DNA of 64,000 nucleotides, taken from NCBI RefSeq assembly GCF_026571515.1, contig NW_026864865.1:62001-126000 (forward strand), given 5' to 3'. Below the pieces are notes generated by a model. That model did no database searches. It was given only the letters and a program-made list of their open reading frames with translations, and was not told where the DNA came from. The translations under genes were made by a program, and so were the position numbers. This DNA comes from Ruditapes philippinarum (lineage: Eukaryota). Of this stretch, positions 48,511 through 62,671 are shown piece by piece (within the stretch, counting starts at the first letter, position 1; every line of letters starts with the position of its first letter).

Positions 48511-49911
48511 GACTATAATGACCGCAATCGACTACCTGTAGTAGACATGTGTTTGCATGGCTTATTCTACTTAGTAGACAGAAAATGTTTCTTCCGTAAA
48601 ACTGGATTTTTACGACAAAGTTGTGTCAGACAAAATCGATAGTTTCTATAAGCCGTGACATTTAATGCATTTTTGAGATAAAATCCCGCGGATTGAAAAG
48701 TTGCACGCGACATTTTATAAACTGACGATAAAATATATCACGGCTTTTAAATGGACGCCACCGACCACTATACATTTGCAATCTATATTAAAAATGTTGC
48801 GTTATTCCTTGAGCGTTGCAGTATAAACGTGGTTGCCTAGTTTGTGCGTTGACAATTATTTCATTCACGAAATCAACCACGTCTTTGCGACAGCGCTGTT
48901 ATACGACATTTAAAGCCTTCCTCCACCGCCGAAGCTGGGAAGTTTTCGTATCATCTTGAGAGAGCTAGTGCGACTGAACCAACCAAAGAAACACATATAG
49001 CCAATTCGGGCATAACCTTTTCTGATACCAAGGTTACGTGCATGTCATTAAAACAGAAAGCAAAAAATGCATTGAATGATTAATTACGTTTATTACAATT
49101 ATTCTCAAAATTAAACTATTATATCTTCATTTACTTTCCTTGATTAACATGGGATAAATATAAAAAAACTTCTATATAAACATTTTCACATGACAACTAT
49201 TTCAAGTTAAATAAATGTAAGAAAAATATAAGAGAACAAAACAACACAGATATAAACTCATTTATATTACTCGTATCTTAAAGTATAATATTGTTTTATT
49301 TCTTTAGTTTAGTTTACATTAACTAATGAAGTTATACATATAAAAGAGTATCAATACAAAGCATATTGGTCTATCTGTTTGATGTCATATGCTAATTCGT
49401 AGATTTTCTGCATGTAATTTGGAATGTAATCTTGATAAATGATCACAATGAAAGGATATCTGAATACGTTAATATTGATACAAAATATGCCTGTGGCATT
49501 GCACTTTACCCAATATAATTTATAAATTTTTTTTTTTCAAACAAAATTATTTTGAATTTTATAGTGTTGTAACGTTTCAAACTTCACTCCATATCTGACT
49601 ATGTTACATTTTTAACACTAGATGTTTAATTAAATAAAACCAACCCTCAATGAGAGTTTCAAATGCTTTTTCAACGTTTGTAGTTTTCTTAGCCGAGGTC
49701 TCAACATATTCTATGCTTTTTCTTACTGAAGTGAAATTTTATCTAATTAATGTCAAAAATGCTATCTTAAAACTTTTGTTTTACAGGTTCTAAGTAAACA
49801 CTGCAAAGATGCTCCCTTATTTCTCATGTTCTGAAGCTGCTTATTACTGTTTGTGTTGTTTTCTTCCTGCTTTAAAACCGTCCCAGCTTGTCTGTCACTG
49901 TTGTTGCTTTA

Positions 49912-50135
49912 GGGACATTTCACCTTCATGAATTCCTGATTTCATCTTCGTGAATTTGCAATTTTAACTTCGTGAATACACGTTCTCAACCTACGGAATT
50001 CACAATGAACGGTTTCAACATTCATGAATTCACGAATTAAACTTCACAAATTCACGATTTCAACTTCACGAAGATGAAATCATGCTTTGAATTTCACGAA
50101 GTATAATTTATGAATTTACGGAGTTGAAATTTTCA
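49912..50135. repeat. Short-unit (TTCACGAA/TTCATGAA) palindromic array, likely a MITE remnant
   Basis: More than 10 ttca(c/t)gaa-like units in both orientations. Confidence 0.65.
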
Positions 50136-52397
50136 GCTATACTGAAAAAGAAAAACGTCAGTTACAACTCTATACCCAGACTTACTAGATAATATTCACA
50201 AATGAAAATAACCAAGTAGATATTTCTTTATAATAGCTACGACTCTTGTACGACACAATTTATTTGTGACAAAATGTCAGGCCATCTTTGTAACTTGTAT
50301 TAATGTATAAATGAAAGCTCATTTTGAAATGTTAGAATTTAAATATTATCCGGCTAATATTGTTTCAGGAAACACACCTCAAAGATCTGTATGGAAGTCT
50401 GGAAATTACATCCTCTCCTTATTTCTGTAAATATTTTGCTCCAGTTTCTGTTGATCTACAGTATAGTTCAAATCTTTCATCACTGCTTGAAACAACAGTA
50501 CTTACTCGCTATCCTATTAAAATATAAAGCAACAAAATATATCATACAAAGATCTATACACATTTTTTTTAATAATCCGACTACTCAGAAAAATCTACAT
50601 TATCGCATATAGATTTTCTCCTTGTATATAAGGAGACACGTTAATTATGCCATTGTGAACTTCAACAATATGACGACTTAGTTCTTTTCAGAAAAATAAA
50701 ATAATTACGGATAAAAAAGATGCTAAAAAAGTAAAAGTTAATACCGTATTTTTCTTCAAGTTTAGTGTAACGTTTGTCTCTTTTCAGCTTGCGTTTCGCC
50801 AACGCTTACTTGTTGTTGTTGTACTTGAATTGGTGCCCTCGTGTGGATGTTCATTTTGACGTCAAAAATTGTCACACATCTCTTTTTAGAAACGTTCTCA
50901 ATTGGAACATTCGATGAACGCTACTGTTCATATTATGTTCTACTTTATAATGTTTTAATTATTAAAGCACCATTACTTATAAAATTGCGTAAATATAACC
51001 TCAACTGACACACACAATATATTGACCAAAAAAACTTTCCCAATTTCTCAAAAACTCAAATACTCTCATGTTGTCTCGTCAGAAGGACTACCATTGAACA
51101 CTGACGTTCAAATGATAAGTGTTCAACTCGTAAATATAACGCCTTTCCTGAACACAGGCATTCAAAATATAAACGCGAAATGTTCCAAAATTGATTGAGT
51201 GTGGACGCGTCCGGTGTTCTCCTCATTTACAGTGCAGTGATTATATTACTGTACATATAAATTTTAAATATATTGTCGGGAATAAAAGTTTGGCCAAGTA
51301 TAAACAGAATTAGTTTAGTTTTCAATTTTATAACAGCTTTGAGCAAACATTTAAAGAGTATCATCGTGTGATAGAGCATTTCTATAGACAATAATGTATA
51401 TTTTATGCACACTACGTTATAGAGCATATTATTTATAATTATGTATTACTGACAATTTTTATAAGCTGCAGAGACGCGGTCACATGACAGTCAATAGAAA
51501 GTAATATAGTCATGTGAGTAAGGTAAGTAAATTTTACCATGATTATTATTTTAGATATCAAGTTAAAATTACTGCTACGGAATCTTACCAATTAAAACTC
51601 ATTCCTATTTTCAAAGTAAAAAATCAATACCAAATGCATATCATACCAATTAAGATCCATATAAAATCAAAATGTAAACAATGTGGGATGTCATAAAGAA
51701 ATCATAAAACATTGCTGTGAAAAATATTGATTCTGTGTGACTCGTACAGAGCTGCAAAGCCTATATCAGACATGGCTAGCGCCTTATATAATATAGTATT
51801 GAACGCTTTGTACTCATCCACAAGATTTCAGTATTTTACCGAACATTATATAATCACCTATATTTTATTCCGTAGTAGCAAGCGTGTTTCCTTATGATGC
51901 ACTGGTAAGTACACCGAGCAATAGTTTTATATTCAATAAGAACGTATATAGACTTTTATGTTGTAACATCCTTCAACGTCTATTATTTCAAAATATGTTG
52001 TATGCTTTTAGTCTTTTTTATATCGTACGCACTTGCTATCTTTAGTAACTGCATATATTGGTTATCATGTAGTTAGCTTTTAAATGGACATATTTCTTTG
52101 TAAGCAATTGCTGAGAACTTTTAGTGTAAAATATCTGGGAATCATACACGAGTCGAGTGATATGCAAAACGTAATTCAAAATTCTCGCGGCCGAAAAAAT
52201 ACATTATTGACACATATTGATTTACATGTATAAAACGTGTTCATGTTATTTTACTTTATGCAACAGTCTTTACTTTATTTGTAAGGTACGTAAGATTTTA
52301 AAAAAAGTTTGATTGAATTTATTAGATATATTGAAATGTATTCTTCAGTTCTGACCTTTTGATCTATTTAAGGGAGTCCGCGGATCGAGTGATTAAG

Positions 52398-52642
52398 GCT
52401 GTGTAAAACCGCACTTTGGGGTCAAACGCACTTTGGGGTCAAAATCGAGAAATTGACCCCAAAGTGCGTAAATATGCTACATATTAACGCACTTTGGGTT
52501 CCAGAGTTCTGACGGTGTCAATACTGACTTATTTTCGATCTTCGACATTGAAATATTTGAGGTGGAGTTCAAGATGACTATCGATACTTTGTTTGATGCT
52601 TAAGTGAAAAAAGTATCATTGATTTTACCACTTGAAATATTT
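52398..52642. mobile_element. Partial copy of the CGCACTTTGGGGTC MITE, inverted relative to 48228-48485
   Basis: ~240-bp reverse-complement match (e.g. gaggtggagttcaagatg / catcttgaactccacctc; attttaccacttgaa / ttcaagtggtaaaat). Confidence 0.8.
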
Positions 52643-52941
52643 AATAATAGTGTCCATATAAAAAAGTACTCTAGAACATAAAATGTGAATGTATTTCTAA
52701 AATTAAAAGATGCTGCGAAACATATCATGTTCTGTCAGTCATTTATTTGATAACTTTTGGTGCCATATTGAGCCCCACTTTAAATATGAAAGTTCTTCAC
52801 TAACTGATCAAGATCATTTAAAGTCCCCATTGATTGTACTACAGCACATTTTTGCTTCTATTTGATACCTAGATATTATTTAGATACGATGCGTTTAAAT
52901 AAAATGCAGTTAATATTTTTTCCAAAACCCCAAAGAACTAT

Positions 52942-53212
52942 AGGGGCGTCCGTGGCCGAATGGTTAAGGTCGTTGACTTCAAACCACTAGCCCCTCACCG
53001 CTGTGGGTTCGAATCCCAACAGGGACTTGGATCAGTTCTTGTGACGAAGCTTTCCAGCTAGCTAACGGAACGTCGGTGGTTCTACTCAGGTGCCCGTTCG
53101 TGACTGAAATAATGCACGGAGGGGCACCTGAGGTCTTTCTTCACTATTCAAGCTGGAACGTTGCGATATGACCTATAATGTGTCGATGTGACGTAAAACC
53201 CAATCAAACAAA
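52942..53212 (+). mobile_element. Full-length tRNA-derived bivalve-type SINE (long variable arm, Ser/Leu-like head; recalled as BivaMD-like, unverified)
   Basis: A box TGGCCGAATGG, B box GGTTCGAATCCC, core ccagctagct.acggaacgtcggtggttctactcaggtgccc, (CAAA)n tail; 11-bp TSD CAAAGAACTAT at 52931-52941 and 53213-53223. Confidence 0.9.
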
Positions 53213-54464
53213 CAAAGAACTATTAATATATACTGTTGCAATGTTCTGGTGAAATATCAAGTTTCTCGATCGGATTAAAGATAGTGATTTTTACAAATAT
53301 ATTATTAAGCTTATCAACAAACTTTTTTGTAAGCTCTGTAACAACCGTTCGCCAGAGGCTTTTTTAATTGGAAATCTTTCATACTTCTTTAGAAAAGGCA
53401 AACATGAATTTTATAATGTTTTAAAGAAATGTAAGATGCCTGTACCGGAATAAACTAGTGATTAATGTGAAATAATTTGACAAGTAAACAATGTATAGTA
53501 TTGTACTTCCATATAAAATACTAATTCACTATGACTGTATACTTATTGCCAACAAGCAACAGATGAAAAAGGTGGTTCAGGTAATTGACCAATGATAACT
53601 TTTTGGATACTATAGAAGAACACCAAAATTAAAAAGCTTTTAAGAAATACAAATACAAATAAAAGCATAATGGGCCTTTAAAACCTTATTTTTTTTTAAA
53701 TCTCGGGGCGATGGACACCCCACCATCACCTTTTGACCCCTCAATGAGAATTTTACATTTATATGAAATTCCGCTCATAATGTGTGACTACTATAATAGT
53801 GTTACTGCCTGTACGGACTACTACTACCTAAGGCCGCATCTACACATAGTCAAGTTTTTTAAATGTCACATTTAGATTAGCTAAATAAATGACCCTTTTA
53901 TCAGGCACATTTTTACTGAAATGTGTTATTTAGATGTCCCAGGATTTATATCCTCGTCTTTTCTAAGAATATCATATTTCTGTAAATGTGTAAATAACAA
54001 AAAACGGGGAAATGATGCAATTAGCTAAAACAATGAGGTTAATGAAAGGTGTACATTCATTTAAAATAAATTGAAAATGTTAGAAAAATATTTTGAGCTT
54101 ATTAATTGATACAAATCCTTTACTTGATGAAAGTTATTCAATATTATATTTTATTACTATGCTTCCGATCCTTAAGGATCGTTCACATGACAGTATTGTT
54201 GTGCTTGTGGTAAGTTAATTCTTTCTATTCGGCTATTTTCTTGCTGGGTGGTTCCAGTATTGTTCCAGTATTCCTCACTTGAATACTTTTGAATCACCCT
54301 TAGGATATGTGGCCTGCTTTTTAAATTTGTCTTTTGACGTCTTATATGTGATATGCAGGCTTTATAACCTCTGATCCCCTTTAACAATTCCATTTTATTT
54401 AGTTCCGCCCATTGTTTACTCGTTTAGGGCACACGCTTGTAGCATTCCTTCTACAATTTAGTCC

Positions 54465-55378
54465 AACTATAGAATCTGTTCATAATGTGTTCTGTTAGGG
54501 TTTATTAAATGTTCGAAAAAATACAAATACAAGCATGGTGTTAGGTGAATGTGGTAGACTCCCAATTTGTATTACTTATTATACAAATTGCATCCGTTAT
54601 TGGTGTAAACTATTAGTTATGCGACCATACCGTTACCCAAAACAATGTTATCTAATGTTAAAATCACTAAATGAAGCTGGAAGAACTTGTTTGGCTAGTA
54701 AAATACGAATACTTTTGTACAATTACGGATTTGGTAACATTTGGATTTCTCAAGAAAATAGGAGATGTGAATATTTTTGTTAGCACTTTTAAACAACGCA
54801 TAATAGATTGTTTTACACAAAATTGGCATGATAATATTACCAATGCTAGTAGATGTCACCATTATTGTTATTTTAAAAGCTTATAAAATGTAGAACGGTA
54901 TCTTTTAATAGAAATCCCTGTAAAACATAAGAAAGCATATGCTAACTTTCGTTGTTCAAATCACAAACTTAATGTTGAAATCGGTAGGCATTTAAATATA
55001 CCTTTTCAAGATCGCTTTTGCAACTTTTGTCTTGAAAATCATTTCACTTATCACATTGACTGTGAATATCATGCTTTTTTATTGTAAAAAATATTTAGAA
55101 ATTAGAAATACGTATTTACTAAACTGGTATAGTTCCGGAACTTAATTACATAACTTTTATGAATTACATTCATCATGTGATAATTTTATAATTAAGAAAA
55201 TCTCTACTTATATTTACCACCTCATGATCTCTATAGCACAGTAGTATATAAACGTAATGAGAGTCAAAACTTGTATAAGACACAACTTTATAATGTTAAA
55301 TATCATTTTTTGTATGACATGTATTTTGGGCAGGTGGCCTTTACTTACTGAATAAATCTTTTGACTTGACTTGACTTA
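54465..55378 (+). mobile_element. 5'-truncated RTE-X-like LINE
   Basis: IESVH..FC...LNVRKNT...MVLGECGRLP..CIRYWCKLL..RYPKQCY..FKQRIIDCF.QNW..FRCSNHKLNVE.GRH..R.C.FC..EYH; tail aataaa plus (TTGAC)3. Confidence 0.85.
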
Positions 55379-57354
55379 ATTAATGTTGAACCACCTTAAT
55401 TAAAATGGCAATGAACGTCTGAATAAAATTGCTAATTAGATATTTGGCTTGATTTAACTAAAGGAAAGATATGTCTAATAATTATGTTGTGACATTTAAG
55501 CAAATAATTGCATTTGATATGCTCGCTCTAATGATATCTGGTAAATATAAATCATTCTTACATTGATTAAATTTTAATAAAACAAACTTCACTTAAGAAT
55601 ATTAGATTTATTTCATACTATTACTTGTTTGTACCATCGATTTAAGTTTGATTATTGTGCCGTTATATAATTGATATAAATCGCCTCTATATGCATAGGT
55701 ATATAAGTTGTATTGTGTAATATGAGACGACAAACTAGGAGTAATAAATAACCCGTAAAAAACACATTGTTACTCAATTATCTCAATTATGCTCGATATT
55801 GAGACAGGAATGTTAACAAGAGAGAAGAAACCACAAAAAGATATAAAAAGAAAAATACAACACCATGCTGTATATGTTTTTCTAGTTTCGAAAATTCTCT
55901 TTCTGTAATGTTGGAGAGAATTACAGTGTTACTATTCGTGTTATCTCTTCAGTTACGACAGTGGATGTCAAATGCTTACAGTAGACTTGAAGGACTTGAA
56001 TATGAATGTTGTAAAAATTAAAAAGGTGTCCAGACCCTTGACAGACTAAAGCGTGTTCCCATGCTGGTGAGGAGTGACGTGATATTGTCTTAACGTAATT
56101 GTAAGATTACATCGACTTCGTTAAATGAAAAAAAAATAACATAGATTTTCTACAACACATCTATCATATGTAAAAATAATTCCTCTAAATGTGCCAGTAT
56201 GATTGATATTTGAGCAAAAAAAACAAAGGTGGGGTGTGACACTCAAAAAAAAAAAAATTAGAAAATTCGGAAGGTGTAATTTTCTTATATTTGAAAAATA
56301 AATGTCTTAAACAAAAAGTTATGAACAACTTATTCTTATTGATGGCCATTTAGGTCCGTAATCCTGAAATAAAAATTACCTGTATTCTTTTGATTGTTAT
56401 TTCATTTCCAGTGTCAAGATGTTTATCAAGTATTTCTCTATAATGTAACATGTCGTAGGTGATATGTAAAAAATTAACACTTACTAGAACAAGTATGATA
56501 TCACATCACATAAATATCATTACTTTATGTAACGGACACTTAAACATAATTGTACATTGATGTACATGTATATAATTGATCGACAATTGTGAAGTGTAAT
56601 GTATGTGTGCGTAAAGCACTTAAAGTGGTTTAAATTCCGTCATGTTTTATATACTACATTTGTCACGTAGAAGATATATGGTGATATTTTATTTTGTCAA
56701 TATTTTGCGTTGTTATTTGAGATGTACTCTGTCAAGTTGTTGTTATAGTTTATGCTAATAAGTTAAAGTCTATGTTTTTATTAAGTGAGATAAAACAAAT
56801 ATCACTCAGAGAATCACTCACGGAGTTGCGAACCAAGCTTTGTCGAACTGTTTTGTTTCCTGAGTACTTATGATTCCGTAATGTCCTTAAATGTATTGTG
56901 AATCATGTTCTTTAAAGGATATTTCTTGATTCAAAGACAATAACTTTGCTAAAATAATTTAAAAAAAATATATCAACACGATGGTTACTCTAAGCTGTAT
57001 ATTATTTTGTTAAGCGCAGTGTACGCGTAGCCGTTGAACTTCTAAGGTCATTTTCTTTACGTGAGTAAGTTTCCAATGCAAAAAAAAAATATTGATCATG
57101 CTTAAAAATAGGTGTTGTTAGTGTTTTACGTGAATATACTATACATTTATATGATCACACAACTTTAGATGGCTTACAATTGATACGGTACTCTTGAACA
57201 AAGTTTGCTTAATAAAGTCATTATAAAAATGTGAGCTACCTTGTCAATAATTTTAATATTTAAATGTGTATGCGTTTTACGTACTTATATATTATACATG
57301 TAAGAGTATATATTAAGCAAAACGATGATTTAGTTTAAACCATGTGATGTAGCA

Positions 57355-58617
57355 TTTTTTATTGCCTCTACGGAGTAGTGGCGACATAAAGGGGTCACTT
57401 CTCCCACGTCTATTTGTCTTTCCGTCCGTCTGTCAAAAACATGTCAGAACTACTCTTCAGAAAGTACTTGTGCAATTTTATCCAAACTTTACAGGAATAA
57501 TAAGTAGCAAGTCAGCTGTGCACATTGTCAGCATTTTCCGATTCAATGATTTTTGTCAAAGTTATTGCCCTTTAATGTTTATTTTATTTTGTATTTTTTT
57601 AAGTTTGTTTGGACTGCCTCTCCTCTTATACCACTTATCATCGATAATTTATCCGTAGAATTTGATTCAAACAAGCCTTTTAAAAGAAAAAATTGGAATT
57701 ATAAAAAAACTGAGCAGTATACGAAAAATTTAATGCAAAAAGAGATAGGCTCTTTCATACAGCATTAAATAGTAATAAATATTCTGATTGGATAAAATAT
57801 AAGCACTCTCGAAATCAAGTAAATAACATTTAAAAATGCTAAAGATATGGTTTATAATAATTTAGAATTTTCATTGCACGATATGAGCAGTTCTTTTCCT
57901 CGTGAACATTGGAAAAATGAAACTTATAAATCAGGACTGATTTGTAGCTCAAGTCCTTGCGCACATTGCACGGATTTTCCGGTTGAATGAATTTTGGCCG
58001 AGGTATGCCCCTTGAACAAAAAAGGTGTTTCTTGTTTCAATTTAACACAACCTTTACAGGAATGATCAATTCCAAGTGTAGATGCGCATATTTTACGGGG
58101 TTTTCGCTTGAATGATATTTGGCTGAGTTATGATCTTTGAATGAAAAGGGTGTTAATAAAGTTTGTCCGAACTACTCCTAGTATACTACTCATGCAGTTT
58201 CAATGAAACTATACATGATTGATTGATATATCAAGTAGCTGCTTATAAAACACAAGTTTTCTTCCGATTGAATATTTTTTTGAGTTGTTGCCCTTGAAAT
58301 AAAAAGGTAGTTGTTTTTTTGCCAGCCACATAACTTTTGTCTGGACCACTCAGAAATAACTTTTCATCAAAACTGAAGGGGAATGATTAATACCATCTCA
58401 TTATCATTTTTGGTTCATTAATTTTTGTCAGAGTTTTGGCCCTTTAATGATTTTAATTTTTCCTTTTATACCAGTTATGGAATGTCAATGAAACTTTACA
58501 GGATTAATCGTTGGCACAAAATATTGTGCATATTACACAGATTTTTATGTTGAATGGTTTTTTGCCGAGTTATGACTATCATGAGGTGACACATGGCATC
58601 AATGATATCCCTTGTTG
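57355..58617 (+). mobile_element. Old HINE (fourth family) with a probable LINE scrap at ~57620-57930
   Basis: tttttattgcctct..gtggcgacata start, tccgtccgtctgtc microsatellite, decayed units (aaactttacagga..gagttatg.ccct), end gaggtgacaca..ggcatc..gatatccc ttgtt; insert reads PFKRKNWNYKK. Confidence 0.6.
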
Positions 58618-59304
58618 AATGACGTCGTCACCAACGCCAAATAAAACGACGTCGCCAATAATGTTCAATAGCGTTTTAATCAAGTTTTTATTGTCCAAAA
58701 ATATTATTTTTTGTCTAAAATGATTCAGAAAATAATGCATTTTGAGAATCTTTGAAACAAAGTAAAATGTCAAATTTGACCACTTTTTTGGAAATGTCAT
58801 ATCATGGCTGCTCATATTATTCCCTTTATGGAAAAATAAAGGTATTGTGTTACCCAAGTATTTCAATATACTTCAGTAGATTCATTTTAACACAGGTTCA
58901 AAATCCGGGCTCAATTATTGATGGTAATTTATTTTTTTATATGGAAATAGTAATTCAACTTTTTTTTCTCTTATAAAACTTAAAGATTGGTTATGTGCAT
59001 TTTATATTATTATAGTTGTGTATATTGATGAGTATGCAATAAACAAATAAATAAATAGATAGATTAGATAGATAAATAAATAAATAAATAAATAAATACA
59101 TAAATAAAATATTATTTTAAGGCATGACATTGATTCAAAAGGTATGTAGATTAAAATATGTGTCATAAAACTTTTGGATGGACAAAACGTTTTAAATTAC
59201 CAGTTACGATGAATGTGCACGTGTATGTGCAACAATCAGTTGATTTTTAAACAGTCATTTTTGAATTTGGATGGAAATAACAATATAAAATTTTAACAGC
59301 AATA

Positions 59305-60945
59305 CAAAAAGAGGGCTCACAGGTCCCTAGATCGTTCACCTTAGAAATAGGTCAAAAGGTCAAAGTGGAGCCCCTTTTCACCCCAGACGCACCATTTGAA
59401 AAAGGGACAGCTTAATCTGAAAGATTGTTGGCACCAAGGAAATTTCTGTGTAAAATTATTTCAAAATTAAACGAGTGGTGTAGATGTTCTTTATATATTG
59501 TTGTTTTTTTTTTAATTTTAGAATCTGGCAAACATTTAATTAAACAGTTTAGCCTGTCGCTAAGTGAGAGTTGAGCTAATTAAAAGATGGCATAAAAAAG
59601 AGAAGAGAAACAAATATTTGATATGGCTGGGGATTGAAATGTCGATCTCGATCCCCTGGGTCGGGGCCAATTTTGACCCTAGCGTTTCATTTCAACAAAC
59701 ATAATTGATATACACCAGAACATGTATAACATGTTTCATGCCAAATATCTAAGCTCTATCTCTTGGATTTTCACAAGACGATTATTAAAGTTTTATAAAC
59801 ATTTTAGGAAACTCAATGACCCCTGGGGCCAGGCCAATTTTGGCATAAGGGCTTTCATTTCAACAAACTTGATAGACATCTGCTAGAAGATGTTTTATGC
59901 CATATATCTAACCTCTTACATTTTTTTTTCTGGACGATTTTTAAAGTATTTTCTATATGCATATATAAAAAAAAATCAATGGTCTCCTGTGGCGGGGCAA
60001 ATTTTCACCCATGTTTCTCCCATGGACTTTAATTTGAACAAACTTGGTATAAATTCACTAAAAGATGTTTCATGCCAAATATCTAAGCTCTATCACTTTT
60101 GGATTTTCACAAGGAGATTTGTTTATTACATACATATATGGAAAGTCACTGACCCATGGAACCGGGCCAATTTTGACCCTATGGCATCTATTTGAACAAA
60201 CTTGGTAGACATCCACTAGATGTCACAAGAAGATTTTTTAAGATTTTACTTGATACATATAAGGAAAATTAATGACCCCTGAGACCGGGCCAATTAGACT
60301 TTAGGGCTTTGATTTAAACAAACTTGATAGTCATCCACTAGAAGATGTTTCAGACCAAATATCTAAGCTCTTGTTCTTTAAGATTTTCTTAAGAAGATTT
60401 TTTTACTATATACATATATGGAAAATCAATTCCCCATGGCCCGGCCAATTTTGACCTTATGGTATTTACTTGAACAAACTTGGTAGACATCCACTAGAAG
60501 ATGTTTCATGCCTAATATCTAATATATAGTACTTTTGGATCAAAACAAGAAGAAAATCAATAACCTCCTAGGGCAGGTTCTTTTTTGACCCTAGGGGTTC
60601 ATTTGAACAAACTTGGTATACATCCACTAGATGTTTCATGACACTTGTCCAAGCTCTAGCTCTTTTTTTAAAAAAAACAACATGTTTTAAGATTATTTGT
60701 AAAATAATATATCGGTTGATATTGCAACTAGAGTTCCTTATCAAATTAATTCTTGGTACAATTTTGGTAGAGCTTCAGGCAAGAAACATCCCTGCAAAGT
60801 TTCAACAAATTCGGCCAAATCGTGAAGGGAGAGAAGTTGTTTAAATCAATTATTGACGTACGCACAGACGCACGGGCGATGCACGACGGACAATGGACCA
60901 TCGCAAAAGCTCACCTAGAGGACATTGTCCTCTGGTGAGCAAGAA
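59305..60945 (-). mobile_element. HINE (fifth family) with ~170-bp tandem units
   Basis: gagggc.cacagg.ccctagatcg.tcacct end; units ggccaattttgacc...tttgaacaaacttggtagacatccactagaagatgtttcatgccaaatatctaagctc; gacgcacg microsatellite; GCTCACCTAGAGGACATTGTCCTCTGGTGAGC hairpin end. Confidence 0.8.
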
Positions 60946-62671
60946 AATTGATAAGCAATTTAATAACTGATTCGATAGAGAAAACAATAAGATGATATTT
61001 TATGTCAATTGAAACAGATCTGTGAACTGTTATTATTATAATAACAAATTTAGTTAATCTGTATTTACTCAGTATTTAAACATAAGTACATATCGTATTG
61101 GAACTTAGACTACTATGCAAGTAATATCGATGCAGAAATTTAATGAAACATAAAGCAAACACTTATCATAATCATGGTAAAAGTTCTTACCTATCGCTTT
61201 GTAAGTTTTAAAAACTGGAAGCTGTTTTATACAGCGATTTTTCTGCTTAATTAAATATACATCCACTTAGCAAACTGAATACAGATATATTTTATGTTAC
61301 TAATGTTACTTCAGTCTTGGTTAAGTGACCGTTTTGTAAAGTAAAGTTGTGACGCATTTCCTAATATAATATGTTAAGAATGTCATTCGGAGTCCGGATA
61401 TCCGAGCGTTCGAATAACGATTCGGTGTCCGGATCCGAATGTTTCAGCATATTGAGACGAAAAACTTGTCACAGAATGTGATAAATACATGCATCGAGAT
61501 AATCGACGTAGACATGGTGTTGGCACGAATATATTGTACCTTAGTATGACAATACACACCATTAGCGTTGTCTTTGTTCTTACTAACCCATTATACTCAG
61601 TTCACTTCAATGAACATTTAAAACTGTATTGATATGTAGCAGTTCAGTTTTTTTTCATTGATTCATAATAGAAAAAAAATCGACTGCTATATAGCAGTTG
61701 TGTTTGTTCGCACCTTGTATATATCAGTGTAGTTTTTTTCACAGAGGCTCAAACGGGGCAGGGGTAACGAACATTCCCAGTAGCAAAGAAAAAGGGAATC
61801 AATAAAATAAATAAATGAATAAATAAATAAATATATTAATAAATAAATAAATGAAAAATATAAACAAAGATAATTAATGAAATGAAGCTTACTCTCATTT
61901 AATCAAAATGTACATAAGCTGAATGATTTATTCCCACGGAAATAAACCCTTTAATCTTGAATCAACATTGGTAACAGTTTACAATCCTCATCCATCATTT
62001 GATGTCTTTTGTATATCTTTTTTTTGCGGTAGCGAAAACAACTTGAAAAAATGCCTTATCAAAAATAACTTTAATGTAGCTAAAGATTTATTCATTTATT
62101 TATTTATATCTGTTAAAAAAGGAAACATTATGCCATGGCGATAAAACAGTTATAGTATATGACATCAATCGACAAATTACATCAAATCAAACTAAAAAAA
62201 ATAATATACCAGAACGAGTATGAATAACAATGACATATTATGTCCATCAGGCTGCAGTACAGCCAATACTCTTAAAACAGAAAAAATGCGCGTCCATCTC
62301 AATTATAGTTAAATAAGACTGATCTGTACAAACTAGTAACCGTTGTAACTTATGGTATAGTTTTTATGATACAATTTATGCATGCCTGTATATATTCAGT
62401 TTTAGTAGCTAGATTTGTTGTTATTGTTATCAAAGTAGTTCATAGTGAAATAGGTGGTGGGTACTTTGTATACTTCATAATAAACCATTTTAGGTTACAA
62501 TTCATAGAAATATCCCGCCGCTCCGTAGTTATTACACATAAAATTAAAAAAAAACAGCAAAAAGAGATCAACAATTCATAATGCAAACATTATTTTAATT
62601 AGCATATGTAGCGCATTATTTTCACAATTATGAAAAATTATTTCTTAAACATTTTCGCTTTCAGCATACTA

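Noticed and set aside
54172-54460. Minus-strand ORF next to the RTE-X fragment as a twin-priming inversion
   Set aside because: No recognisable LINE peptide in any frame I read and no TSD found
61385-61445. GC-rich palindromic patch (ttcggagtccggatatccga..tccggatccgaa)
   Set aside because: Probably a MITE subterminal remnant; no ends identifiable
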